The notes under the pieces: model-generated
The model's input: the letters and a program-made list of their open reading frames with translations, nothing else
Told to the model about the DNA's origin: nothing
Database searches by the model: none
From: Desulfobacterales bacterium
Lineage (GTDB): Bacteria > Desulfobacterota > Desulfobacteria > Desulfobacterales > JAFDHS01
Direction: 5' to 3'
DNA length: 59,778 bases
Assembly (NCBI GenBank): GCA_030589165.1
Contig: JAUUWG010000001.1
Location: 1 to 59,778, forward strand
Translations under genes and position numbers: made by a program
Shown: piece by piece, positions 8,260 to 17,917 of the stretch
How positions within the stretch are numbered: the first letter of the stretch is position 1
Layout: each line of letters opens with the position of its first letter

Positions 8260-9287
8260 CGACGGCTTCCTCCCGACTCGTTATATGCCTCTATCGCCTC
8301 GTTTTGTATGAGATCTTCCTGGTTCGAGTAACGGGGTGAAAAATGAAAGGGTGTAAACCGCTTCGCATTTGCCAGGCCTGCTATCGCACCGGCCTGGCGG
8401 GCGGTGAGATGATATTTTTGTCTTGCGGTATCCCTCTCCTTTTCAAGAAAGGCGGATTCTATAAATAGATGATCCGTTTTGTTTGCAAGTTTAATGATTT
8501 TATCGGTATTGGATTTGCTGTAAACCACATCTGCAATGTAGGTAATCTTCCGGCCCGGCGTTATAAGGGCAATCCGGTTTTTAAGATCGCCCAGGGCAAA
8601 GCTTTTTCCGTTGGAATCTCCTTTGTTGAATTTAATCTCGAATCTGGAATCAAGTGGTTTGTTGTTATACAGGGCTTGTTTGAATTCTTTAAGCCACGGA
8701 CCTGTTTTTAACCCGAGGGCTGAAAGAGAATCTTTCATTATATTGACGTGAAAGCGTTCCTCCATGGTAAATCCAAGACACGGGATTCCGTGATCCAGTA
8801 TTACAGCCGAAACGGCCAGAGCCGGCTCTTTAAGCAGGGTACCGGAGAAGGGTTTTGGGCGAGTACCGGACACGGACTCATTTTTCGGGATAAACCGGTT
8901 TTCACACAGGTATTCCCGGGTAATTATATGATCCGGATGCACCTCGGTTACATGTAAACTTAATCGGCTTTCGAAATTTTTTACAAGGTTCCAGGTATAT
9001 CCGGCAAACTTTCCTTCGACATTTTTCAAAAAACCTTCCGGGCCAAACAGATAAAGGTCCTTTTCACGCCCAAGGACAAGACGCAGCAACCTGTCAAAAC
9101 CTACAAAATGATCGATATGGGTGTGGGTAATAAAAACGTGGCTTATTTTGAGGATATCTCTGGCTGAAAGTAAATGAATATCACCCAGATCAAACATAAA
9201 GGCACGTTTTTCAAAAGCAAAAGGAACGAATAGGCCCGGGTCGTCAAAAGGGCCGTTGACAAGCCTGGGATGAAAGGAAGGGGGCAT
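8238..9287 (-). CDS. MBL-fold metallo-hydrolase (RNase Z-like)
   Basis: 349 aa with the HxHxDH motif ITHTHIDHF. Its start overlaps the stop of the upstream gene (TAATG). Its 3' end overlaps the convergent KamA-like gene by 22 nt. Confidence 0.75.
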   Translation of the reverse strand: MPPSFHPRLVNGPFDDPGLFVPFAFEKRAFMFDLGDIHLLSARDILKISHVFITHTHIDHFVGFDRLLRLVLGREKDLYLFGPEGFLKNVEGKFAGYTWNLVKNFESRLSLHVTEVHPDHIITREYLCENRFIPKNESVSGTRPKPFSGTLLKEPALAVSAVILDHGIPCLGFTMEERFHVNIMKDSLSALGLKTGPWLKEFKQALYNNKPLDSRFEIKFNKGDSNGKSFALGDLKNRIALITPGRKITYIADVVYSKSNTDKIIKLANKTDHLFIESAFLEKERDTARQKYHLTARQAGAIAGLANAKRFTPFHFSPRYSNQEDLIQNEAIEAYNESGGSRRHNEEAL

Positions 9288-9712
9288 TAACCGGGTAAAA
9301 ATTTTATAACTTGATCGTTAATACAGTTATATATCTCTTCATCAGAACCGAAAATATCAACAACATCTTTATGATTTATAACCGTCTCTATAACATAAGC
9401 GGTAACATACAGACTGACGATATGCGGCTGTGGAACGACATGCCTGAATGGAGCGGTCTTGTAATCAATATCAAAATCTTCCGCATAGCTGATTTTTTCA
9501 AGACACAGTACTATCTGTTTCTCAAGAGCGTTTTTGTCTGTCGTCTCCACAAAATTATTTTCAATAAGCTTCATGGAGATGGCATTGCTAAGGGGTTCGA
9601 TACAATCTTTTATCCCTTTGATTGCCCGTTTTCGTATACGTTCTTTGGAGCCTTCGATTTGTGAAAGGATTTTTGTTTCACTCCGGTTACTTGGCCGAAA
9701 TGTTTTTGCCAT
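9287..9712 (-). CDS. hypothetical protein (141 aa), translationally coupled to the MBL hydrolase gene
   Basis: Clean ORF with a TAATG stop/start overlap with the downstream gene. I recognise no motif. Confidence 0.55.
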   Translation of the reverse strand: MAKTFRPSNRSETKILSQIEGSKERIRKRAIKGIKDCIEPLSNAISMKLIENNFVETTDKNALEKQIVLCLEKISYAEDFDIDYKTAPFRHVVPQPHIVSLYVTAYVIETVINHKDVVDIFGSDEEIYNCINDQVIKFLPG

Positions 9713-9806
9713 GAAAGATTTCCTTTTTTGATTCTGTTGATAGAGGCTAATTAAAATTTATAACAAATTATAATAACTGGAACCAGTCGGCATTGCAAGG
9801 AAAATT

Positions 9807-11534
9807 TTATGTGTCTTCAATAATGATTTGTGCTGTTTTGCTGCCGTTCCACCGGTTCCATCGCAGCCTGAATATGATTTGATCAAAGTTTTCTTCCAAA
9901 GGTTTGCCGGTCTCGATGTTGAAATGAATGGCATTTATACTTTTTTGTGTTTTGCCGTGAGGCTGGGTTAAAAGCATGCGTCTATGATTACCACCGACAA
10001 GTGTAGAAGAGGCAACCTTGATATTTCCGGCTGCAAAGAGCGGTTCCTGGTTGTCCGGCCCAAACGGTTGCAAGGATTCAAGCTCGTCGATCAGTTTGTC
10101 TGAAATATGATCAAAATCGAGTTCATAATCGATTAAGAGTTCAGGCACAAAATCATCGGGAGCGGTCATCTTTTCAACAATCGTTTCGAAATTTCTTTGA
10201 AATCGTTCAATATTGGCGGCCTTTATTTTCAGCCCGGCCGCCATCGGATGTCCGCCGAATTTTTCAAGGTCATCGAAACAGGCACAAAATCCTTCGTACA
10301 GATCAAATCCGGGTATACTTCTGGCTGAACCTTTTCCCGCTCCGTCTCGTATCGAGATCAGCACCACAGGACGAAAGTATCTGTTTGCCAGTCTGGAAGC
10401 GACGATTCCCAATACTCCTTCGTTCCATCCTTGTCCGGACAGAACAAGTGCTTTGTTTTCGAGCAGGTGAGGATTTTCATTTAAATGCAAGAGGATTTCT
10501 TCTAAGATTTCTTTTTCACAAGTTTGCCTGAAGGTATTTAATTTGTTCAACGTGACGGCAATTTCTTTGGCGGTGTTAAAATTTTTTTCCGTTAAAAGTT
10601 CAACGGCAATTTTTGCGTGGTCTATCCTGCCTGCCGCGTTTAAGCGGGGTGCCAGCTTAAACGCGATATCTTCCGTTCCTATTGAGTGGGTAGATAACTG
10701 CTTTTTGATTCCGCATACTTCCAGGATGGCTTTTATTCCGGGACGGGTATTCGAGTTGATTACCTCAAGGCCTGTTTTTGTGAGTATGCGGTTATCATCA
10801 ACAAGAGGAACAATGTCGGCGACGGTTCCGAGAGCAACAAGGTCGCAAATATTTTTCAGATTAGGTTCCTGGCGGTCACGCCAAAAATTCTTGTCACGCA
10901 GGTGCTTTCTAAGGCAGATCAGAAGATAAAAAGCCAGGCCGACTCCTGCAAGATTATCAAAACCGGATGTGCAATCACGGCGTTTCGGATTTACAACAGC
11001 AACAGCAGGGGGGAGGGGTTCCGAAATTTTGTGATGATCGGTTATGATGACATCTATACCGGCTTTATGAGCGGCTTTTACGGCGTCATGGCTGTCTGAT
11101 CCGCAGTCTACGGTGATGATAAGGTTTATTCCTTTCGGCAGAGCGTGATTTGGGATATGGTTTGTCTGAAGGCCGTAACCTTCTTTTGATCTGTGGGGAA
11201 TATAGTATGAAACATCTGTACCAAGATATTTGAAAAAATCATAAAGTATTGTTGTCGCTGTGATTCCGTCAACATCATAATCGCCGAAAATCAGAATCTT
11301 TTCATGATTTGTTATGGCGGTATCGATCCGGTTTACCGCAACATCCATATCTTTTATTGAAAATGGAGAGCGTATGGAATTAAGTGAAGGATTAAGGAAA
11401 ACAAATGCTTTTTCCGGGGAAATAATTTTTCGGTTAACAAGGATGGTTGCAGTGACAGGATCGCATTTCAGAGTTTTGCTGAGATGACGAACAATTTCAA
11501 TATCGGGCTGTATGATTTTTCGGTTCTTTTTCAT
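9807..11534 (-). CDS. recJ: single-stranded-DNA-specific exonuclease RecJ
   Basis: 575 aa. DHH-family motifs are GDYDVDGITAT, VDCGS and ITDHH, followed by a DHHA1 region (GGHPMAAG). Confidence 0.92.
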   Translation of the reverse strand: MKKNRKIIQPDIEIVRHLSKTLKCDPVTATILVNRKIISPEKAFVFLNPSLNSIRSPFSIKDMDVAVNRIDTAITNHEKILIFGDYDVDGITATTILYDFFKYLGTDVSYYIPHRSKEGYGLQTNHIPNHALPKGINLIITVDCGSDSHDAVKAAHKAGIDVIITDHHKISEPLPPAVAVVNPKRRDCTSGFDNLAGVGLAFYLLICLRKHLRDKNFWRDRQEPNLKNICDLVALGTVADIVPLVDDNRILTKTGLEVINSNTRPGIKAILEVCGIKKQLSTHSIGTEDIAFKLAPRLNAAGRIDHAKIAVELLTEKNFNTAKEIAVTLNKLNTFRQTCEKEILEEILLHLNENPHLLENKALVLSGQGWNEGVLGIVASRLANRYFRPVVLISIRDGAGKGSARSIPGFDLYEGFCACFDDLEKFGGHPMAAGLKIKAANIERFQRNFETIVEKMTAPDDFVPELLIDYELDFDHISDKLIDELESLQPFGPDNQEPLFAAGNIKVASSTLVGGNHRRMLLTQPHGKTQKSINAIHFNIETGKPLEENFDQIIFRLRWNRWNGSKTAQIIIEDT

Positions 11535-11714
11535 GATGGGGGGATATAGCCTGAAATTGCCTTTGGGACAATACCAAATGCTGATGATCTCCTATTTAAT
11601 TCTTTTTTTATTGAAAAAAAGTGATATATGATTAATTTATAATTTTGCCATTAAATAAACAGGCTCTAATGACCCAAGGGGGCCGATATAGAAAACGGGG
11701 TCTGACGGAATTCT

Positions 11715-11963
11715 TTGGAATCAATTAAAAAATATTACCGTGTCGATCGGAGGGAGATCAGCTTTCTAAGATTTATTTTTGAAGCTTATGACGGCCTTGC
11801 AACCCTGACGACTATAGATCCTGACTCGGGCATTGTGGTATTTTGCATCTCTCCCGGCTGTGAAGAGGATGTGAGAATGATTTTGCAGGATCTTAAAAGA
11901 AATATTATGATTGAATATTTAAAAAAGTGTGAAGTGCCTAAAGTTGAGGAATTCTATCAATAA
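11715..11963 (+). CDS. DUF4911-like small protein (conserved upstream partner of miaB)
   Basis: 82 aa with YYRVDRREISFLRFIFEAYDGLATLTTIDP. It has a TTG start, which is uncertain. The last ~14 codons are encoded by a repeat element. Confidence 0.6.
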   Translation: MESIKKYYRVDRREISFLRFIFEAYDGLATLTTIDPDSGIVVFCISPGCEEDVRMILQDLKRNIMIEYLKKCEVPKVEEFYQ

Positions 11964-11980
11964 CTTTAGTTCACTTTAAA
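11921..11980 (+). repeat. CACTTTAG repeat family, copy 5 (short form lacking the GCGAAGC module)
   Basis: Sequence is AAAAAAGTGTGAAGTGCCTAAAGTTGAGGAATTCTATCAATAACTTTAGTTCACTTTAAA. Confidence 0.8.
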
Positions 11981-11993
11981 TAGCAGATAAGGT

Positions 11994-13415
11994 GTGATGA
12001 ATACAAAATATATTTATGTGAATACAATCGGCTGTCAGATGAATGTCTATGACTCCGAGCAGATGATAAAGGTCCTGAAGCCTTTGGGATATGAAAGGAC
12101 CTTGTCCCTGGAGACGGCCGATCTGATTATTGTCAATACCTGTTCGATTAGGAAAAAAGCGGAACAGAAAGCCTTTAGTTTTTTGGGCCGTCTCCCTGAT
12201 CTCAAAAAAAAGAAAGCCGGTTTGATCATCGGAATCAGCGGTTGCGTGGCACAGCAGGAGGGTAAGAAAATTCTGGACCGTTTCCCGTATGTTGATATTA
12301 TTCTCGGAACACATGCCATCGGACGGTTGCCGCAACTTGTCAATCAAATCGAAAAAGAAAGATGCCGTATTGTTGATATCAAAATGTCGGAGGAGATGGA
12401 AGAGCTTGAATGCGCCAACCGATTTCACAGTGGTGATGTTTCAAGCTTTGTAACCATCATGCAGGGTTGTGACAATTTTTGTACCTACTGTGTTGTCCCC
12501 TATGTTCGCGGCCGGGAGAGAAGCCGGGCACCTGAGAATATCATTCAGGAGATTTGCGGTCTTGTTGCGTCCGGCACAAAGGAAGTTACATTGCTGGGCC
12601 AGAATGTGAACAGTTATGGTAAAAAGGAAGGCCTTTGTTCCTTTCCCGAACTCCTGGGTCGTGTCAATGATATAGAGGGGCTTTTGAGGATCAGATTTAC
12701 GACGTCTCACCCAAAGGATCTTTCCGATGAGCTTGTATATGCTTTTAAAGACCTTGAAAAGGTATGCGGCCATTTTCATCTCCCTGTTCAGTGTGGATCA
12801 AACAGAATTTTAAAAAAGATGAACCGGAAATATACCCGGGAGTCGTATCTTGAAAGAGTGGATAAACTTCGTCAGGTACGTCCTGACATTGCAATCACGT
12901 CGGATATGATTGTCGGTTTTCCGGGAGAAACAAGGGCTGATTTTGAAGAAACTTTGGATTTGATAAAAAAAGTTGAATTCGACGGCCTGTTCGCATTTAT
13001 ATATTCAGAACGCCCGAATGCCCCGGCTTCGGCCTTTCCTGATCAAATTGACCTCAAAGAGAAAAAAGAGAGATTGCAGAAATTGCTCGATCTGCAGGAA
13101 GGGTTCACGAAAAAAAAGAACGAAGCATTAGTAGGAAAATCCGAATTTGTCCTTGTTGAGGGCTTGAGCAAAAAACAGAATGAACCCGGTTCGGAAGACA
13201 GACTGCATGATTTTCAGTTGACCGGGCGTACCTCAGGCAACAAGATCGTAAATTTTGTCGGGGATGATACCGGTGTATGCGGTAATGACGTTTTTACGGG
13301 CAGGATAGTTAACGTCAGAATTGAAAAAGCTTTTGCCCATTCACTTTGGGGTAAAGCGCTGAAGAGTGATTTCCCATGTCACGGATTGAAAGGAGATGCA
13401 ACTTATGCTGCATAG
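11994..13415 (+). CDS. miaB: tRNA-2-methylthio-N6-dimethylallyladenosine synthase
   Basis: 473 aa. UPF0004 N-domain (NTIGCQMN, NTCSIR), radical SAM CDNFCTYCVVP and a TRAM C-terminus are present. An ATG at 11997 is an equally likely start. Confidence 0.92.
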   Translation: MMNTKYIYVNTIGCQMNVYDSEQMIKVLKPLGYERTLSLETADLIIVNTCSIRKKAEQKAFSFLGRLPDLKKKKAGLIIGISGCVAQQEGKKILDRFPYVDIILGTHAIGRLPQLVNQIEKERCRIVDIKMSEEMEELECANRFHSGDVSSFVTIMQGCDNFCTYCVVPYVRGRERSRAPENIIQEICGLVASGTKEVTLLGQNVNSYGKKEGLCSFPELLGRVNDIEGLLRIRFTTSHPKDLSDELVYAFKDLEKVCGHFHLPVQCGSNRILKKMNRKYTRESYLERVDKLRQVRPDIAITSDMIVGFPGETRADFEETLDLIKKVEFDGLFAFIYSERPNAPASAFPDQIDLKEKKERLQKLLDLQEGFTKKKNEALVGKSEFVLVEGLSKKQNEPGSEDRLHDFQLTGRTSGNKIVNFVGDDTGVCGNDVFTGRIVNVRIEKAFAHSLWGKALKSDFPCHGLKGDATYAA

Positions 13416-13902
13416 GGTAAGCATAGCGGGCTTGACCATGGACCAGGCCTCAAATACGCCGATTCTGATATTGAAAACCGTTGAAGGAGATGAGTCGATT
13501 CCCATATGGATCGGCTTGCTTGAAGCCGCTTCCATAGCTTCGGCCCTGCAGAACATCAATTTTGACCGACCGATGACCCATGATCTTTTTAAAAATTTTA
13601 TGAATATTGTAAACATTGAACTCGCCAAGGTTGAAGTGTGTGACCTGAAGGATAGCACTTTTTATGCAAGGATCTATTGTACTTCCGGTGACAAGGAGTT
13701 CAGTCTGGATGCCCGACCCAGTGATGCAATTTCATTAGCCCTTCGATTTAACGCTCCCATATATGTAGAGGAAAAGGTTATTAAAAAATCCGGAATGGTG
13801 GATGCCGGCCCTGAAGTTGTGGACAAAAGTGAAGAAGGGAAAAAATGGGCTGAATATCTTGAAAAACTTTCTCCTGAGGATTTCGGTAAGTACAAAATTT
13901 AA
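13405..13902 (+). CDS. bifunctional nuclease family protein (BFN/DUF151)
   Basis: Motifs are PILILK, IPIWIGLLEAASIA and RPMTHDL. Start set at the ATG at 13405, 9 nt after the AGGAG RBS; the track start at 13396 is too close to the RBS. Confidence 0.8.
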   Translation: MLHRVSIAGLTMDQASNTPILILKTVEGDESIPIWIGLLEAASIASALQNINFDRPMTHDLFKNFMNIVNIELAKVEVCDLKDSTFYARIYCTSGDKEFSLDARPSDAISLALRFNAPIYVEEKVIKKSGMVDAGPEVVDKSEEGKKWAEYLEKLSPEDFGKYKI

Positions 13903-13932
13903 TTCTCTTTCGCTCACTTTTCCAGGAGTATA

Positions 13933-14568
13933 ATGATTGATCTGCACACACATACCATTTTCAGCGACGGCGTCTTAATCCCCTCCGAGCTTGCAAGGCG
14001 TGCGGAGAATATGGGATTAAAAGCAATAGGTTTTACCGATCACGGTGATTCATCCAATATCGATTTTATTATTCCCAGGATAGTCGCGGTGGCTGAAGAA
14101 CTGAACGACGTTTTAAAGATAAAGGTCATTCCAGGGATAGAGATTACACATGTTCCTCCCCCTTTAATTGCTGATATTGTCGTAAAGGCACGCGATCTGG
14201 GTGCAAAAATTATTGTGGTTCATGGGGAGACAATTGTCGAGCCCGTTGCTCCCGGCACCAATATCGCTGCACTTAAAGCGGATATCGATATCCTTGCCCA
14301 TCCCGGTTTAATCACTGAGGAAGAAGTTTTACTGGCAAAAGAAAAAGGGGTTTTTCTGGAGATATCAGCCCGAAAGGGGCATTCCCTGACCAATGGGCAC
14401 GTTGCACGCCTGGCCCGAAAAATCGGAGCAAGGCTTGTCATTGATACGGATGCACATGCTCCCGGCGATTTGATTGATGGTGCCATGGCAAGGCGCATTG
14501 TTTGCGGTGCCGGATTGACGGAAAATGATTTTGATATGATGCAGAAAAATGCAGCCTGGTTTTTATGA
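13933..14568 (+). CDS. PHP-domain (histidinol phosphatase-like) hydrolase
   Basis: 211 aa. N-terminal DLHTHTIFSDG is present, with later HG and DTDAH metal-ligand motifs. An AGGAG RBS lies upstream. Confidence 0.7.
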   Translation: MIDLHTHTIFSDGVLIPSELARRAENMGLKAIGFTDHGDSSNIDFIIPRIVAVAEELNDVLKIKVIPGIEITHVPPPLIADIVVKARDLGAKIIVVHGETIVEPVAPGTNIAALKADIDILAHPGLITEEEVLLAKEKGVFLEISARKGHSLTNGHVARLARKIGARLVIDTDAHAPGDLIDGAMARRIVCGAGLTENDFDMMQKNAAWFL

Positions 14569-14572
14569 TTTT

Positions 14573-14878
14573 TTATCGGCTTTTCTGCAGACTGCTCCAT
14601 AGGGAAAGTGCAAAATTGAATTTATTTACGACAAGGGCGGCGCATGATAGAAGCCTGACGGAGTCCGGGGTGCGACGCAAAGAGCAGGAACGCCTTGCAT
14701 GAAAGAACATCTGCTCAAAGTCATTTGAAGCAAAGGCAAAAATGGCCTTTTTTCTGTGGAATTCGGCCTTTTCTTCTATATCGATCAGAATTCCGAGGTC
14801 GGTTTTGCATCTGTGGCACACCCTTTTTCCGATATATTTGGCATGGCACGCAGGACATCGTTCCATAATAATTTTCAT
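14573..14878 (-). CDS. zinc-ribbon protein (101 aa), last gene of the Hsp70 module
   Basis: N-terminal CPACH..(10)..CHRC is followed by a helical region. It is co-directional with the Hsp70 gene and 60 nt downstream of it. Confidence 0.55.
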   Translation of the reverse strand: MKIIMERCPACHAKYIGKRVCHRCKTDLGILIDIEEKAEFHRKKAIFAFASNDFEQMFFHARRSCSLRRTPDSVRLLSCAALVVNKFNFALSLWSSLQKSR

Positions 14879-14938
14879 CCTTTGCGCTTTTTTGCGTTCT
14901 TGGCGGTAAAAAAATAACCGCCAGGCGCGTAAAGATTT

Positions 14939-16693
14939 TTATTCAAGATAAAACAGGATATCCTCCAATTCTTCCCGTAACTTCCGGGCCTTATCAAGAT
15001 CTTTTTCTTTTACGGCGTCCCTGATATCTTCAATAAGATTGATAATTTCATCACGATCCTCAGATGGAGTTGCATCAAGTTGTGACTCGGCCTGGTTTAT
15101 TGTTTCGGCCAGATCGGCCGGCATTCCCCGGTCAATCTCTATCTCTGTTTCCGAAGATACTTCCGCTTCTTCTACAACGCCTTCCGGGCTGCCCCACTCT
15201 GACTCAATTCGCTCTTTTGAGGCAGATAATTCCAGGTCTGTAAATCGGGAAAAGGCATTTTCGATAACCGCGTTAATCTTTTTGCCTGTTTTCTTTTCAA
15301 CAGCCTGAATTTTCAGTATACCGTTCAGATCCAGATCAAAGTTAAGGATGATAACGCTTCCCGCCGGAGCCCTTGTTAAATTAAAAATATACTTGCCTAA
15401 CAGGATGTTATCAAGAGCATCCGGATTTTCTCCTTGAAAGATCTTTATTTCAACCTTTTCCTGGTCGTCTACCATAGTATAGAATGCTTCACTTTTGTTT
15501 GCCGGCAACTTGGTATTGCGGTGAATAAGAGGAACGAATTTGTGCATGTGAGTGATACCGTCTAATTCGTCGATAGCCGATGTGCCGAATGTATACGGTG
15601 TTATATCCAGCAAGACGCTTGAAGAATCGATGCCCATCTCCCTTCCTGCCTGTATTGCGGCGCCAATGGCTACACAAAGATCCGGATCAATCTCACTATG
15701 GGGAATAATGTTAAATTTTTCCTCCAGCATATCGGAAATTTTAGGGATTCTTGTGGACCCTCCTGCCAGGATTATGGTGTCAATGGCCGAAGGGAGCGAT
15801 GATGCGTCCTTAAGTGCCTTGTTTACTGACTCCATTGTTCTTATCAAAGCATCTTCTATCATCTTGTCGAAGTCGGTGCGGGGAAGCTCGAAAGAAAGAT
15901 GAATATCTTTAAAACCTTTTTTGCCGATATGGTCTTCTTCTATTCCGGCATAGGGTTCGGAAGAAAGAGTGATTTTGGCTTTTTCCGCCGCATTTTTCAG
16001 TCTGGCCATGACCACGGGATCACCGGCCACGGTAAGTTTGAGTTCTTTTTCAATATGTTCGACAAGAAGATCAACAATCTTTTGATCAAAATCATCGCCG
16101 CCGAGATGGTTGTCCCCCGTGCTTGAAAGGACTTCCACAATTCCTTGTTCAATTTTGACGATTGATACGTCAAATGTCCCTCCGCCAAGGTCATAAACCA
16201 GAATTCTCTGATTCTTCGGGTTGGTGCTTTCATAAGCAAGGGCCGCTGCCGTAGGTTCATTTATAATCCTTATTACATTGAGCCCGGCAATCGCACCTGC
16301 ATCTCTTGTAGCCTGCCGTTGTGCATCCGTAAAATATGCGGGAACGGTAATGACCGCCTTTGATATCTTTTTGTCTAACAGTTTTTCCGCTCTTTCCTTT
16401 AATGCTTTAAGAATAAAAGCGGAAATTTCCTGGGGCAGGTAGCTTGAATCGTTCATCTGAAACTTTGTTTCAGAGCCCATGAACCTTTTTACCGAAAGGA
16501 CAGTGCGCTCCGGAGCAATTGCAGCCTGATTCCTGGCTTCAATACCAGTAATAATTTTTCCCTCGTTATCAAGTCCCACACAGGAAGGAACGATTCCGTT
16601 ATCCTTGTCTTTTAGTACTTTTGCATTCCCGTCGATAATGAAGGCAATTTCTGAATTTGTAGTTCCAAGATCTATGCCGACTACCGGTTCCAT
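14939..16693 (-). CDS. Hsp70-family ATPase (non-canonical DnaK paralog)
   Basis: 584 aa. Motifs are GIDLGTTNS, DLGGGTFDVSI, ILAGGSTRIP and the SBD-beta LDITPYTFG. The C-terminal tail is acidic and ends FYLE. An AGGAG RBS lies upstream. Confidence 0.9.
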   Translation of the reverse strand: MEPVVGIDLGTTNSEIAFIIDGNAKVLKDKDNGIVPSCVGLDNEGKIITGIEARNQAAIAPERTVLSVKRFMGSETKFQMNDSSYLPQEISAFILKALKERAEKLLDKKISKAVITVPAYFTDAQRQATRDAGAIAGLNVIRIINEPTAAALAYESTNPKNQRILVYDLGGGTFDVSIVKIEQGIVEVLSSTGDNHLGGDDFDQKIVDLLVEHIEKELKLTVAGDPVVMARLKNAAEKAKITLSSEPYAGIEEDHIGKKGFKDIHLSFELPRTDFDKMIEDALIRTMESVNKALKDASSLPSAIDTIILAGGSTRIPKISDMLEEKFNIIPHSEIDPDLCVAIGAAIQAGREMGIDSSSVLLDITPYTFGTSAIDELDGITHMHKFVPLIHRNTKLPANKSEAFYTMVDDQEKVEIKIFQGENPDALDNILLGKYIFNLTRAPAGSVIILNFDLDLNGILKIQAVEKKTGKKINAVIENAFSRFTDLELSASKERIESEWGSPEGVVEEAEVSSETEIEIDRGMPADLAETINQAESQLDATPSEDRDEIINLIEDIRDAVKEKDLDKARKLREELEDILFYLE

Positions 16694-16711
16694 GATGCAT
16701 CTCCTATTCGT

Positions 16712-17551
16712 TTATTCGTTGACAACAACCTCTGCTGTTTTAAGAACTTCATCTTCACGTACAAAACCACTTATCCGCTCTTCTATCACCACTCCTTTTT
16801 CCATTTCAGGGTTGGAGCCTTTATCCACCGCCTTCATCGTTTTTGGATCAAAGGGTTCTCCTATCGTTTTTACGGGATGAATATCAAACAACGCAAGGGT
16901 ATGGTCAAAGCGCCTTATGGCCATTTCATATCCTTCTATAATACCCTCTATTTCTTGACAACGGCGCCTGAAAAAGCTTTTTGATTCTGCTGCGGCAAGA
17001 CTTGCCTTATGTCCTCGGATCAAAGCGTCTCTTATATCAAGGAAAGGCATGACCGTTTTTTTTTCACTGGAGCGTCTTATCCTTTCTTCAAGTTCCGCAA
17101 GCCCTTTGGATCTGTTTTTAAAAAAATCCGCCGATTTTTGAAAAAGCTTTGCCGAATCTTGAAAAAGGTTTGCCGAATCTTTATATGCATCGATAAGAGG
17201 ATTGAGAGCCTTTAATGTTTTATTCTGCTCCCTGTTTTGCATCTTGATCTCCTGTCTTAATGCGGAAAACTCGGATAAAAGCGTATAAAGATCGCATGAG
17301 TCCATTGTGGTCCCTTCTCCTGGGGGCGGAGAATCCGGAAGATCTTTAAGCCAGAATACAAAATCATCCAAGGCCTTTTTTTTCCAGTCAAAAAGACTCT
17401 CGTCTTTTATCTCGGGTTCTATTCTTTTTGAAAGAAAATCAACAAGGTGCTTTATCAGGGGGAGTATCAGGTTTTTGTCGATTTTATCAATAAAAATTGT
17501 GACTTTATCACGAAAGCCTATAACCCATGGGGGAATTTTTAAAAAACGCAT
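16712..17551 (-). CDS. GrpE-like nucleotide exchange factor with a long N-terminal extension
   Basis: 279 aa. The C-terminal half is GrpE-like (PFLDIRDAL.., GEPFDPKTMKAV, GFVREDEVLKTAEVVV). The start codon abuts the stop of the J-like gene. Confidence 0.75.
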   Translation of the reverse strand: MRFLKIPPWVIGFRDKVTIFIDKIDKNLILPLIKHLVDFLSKRIEPEIKDESLFDWKKKALDDFVFWLKDLPDSPPPGEGTTMDSCDLYTLLSEFSALRQEIKMQNREQNKTLKALNPLIDAYKDSANLFQDSAKLFQKSADFFKNRSKGLAELEERIRRSSEKKTVMPFLDIRDALIRGHKASLAAAESKSFFRRRCQEIEGIIEGYEMAIRRFDHTLALFDIHPVKTIGEPFDPKTMKAVDKGSNPEMEKGVVIEERISGFVREDEVLKTAEVVVNE

Positions 17552-17848
17552 TTATTTTTTTGCCTCCTGAATCAGTTCCTGCAATCCGGCCCGTCGTCTT
17601 TTTAAAATTTTGGCTTTTGCCAGGGAAAAAAGGGCATCCTCATAATCTTTAGCGTTTAACGCCGCAAAAATTTTTGCTTTTATGCGGCTTCGCTCATCTT
17701 TGATCGCTTCATATGCTTCCGTGATTTGTTGAAATCTTGCCGGATCTTTTTCAGGTGTATGTTTTTTTACCAACTGAATGTAACTATTTCTGATCTCTTC
17801 ATTTGACGCATCAAGTGAAAGACCGAGACAGAGATAATATGTTAACAT
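17552..17848 (-). CDS. J-domain-like protein lacking the HPD tripeptide
   Basis: 98 aa. YYLCLGLSLDASNEEIRNSYIQLVKKHTPEKDP aligns to the J-domain consensus, but HPD is replaced by HTPE. There is no Gly/Phe, zinc-finger or C-terminal domain. Confidence 0.7.
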   Translation of the reverse strand: MLTYYLCLGLSLDASNEEIRNSYIQLVKKHTPEKDPARFQQITEAYEAIKDERSRIKAKIFAALNAKDYEDALFSLAKAKILKRRRAGLQELIQEAKK

Positions 17849-17917
17849 GAAAATCTCCTGTTATGAAAATGGGGGGTTCGTTCTGACTTCGGCCGGTATC
17901 AGGGTGAACACACAGGT

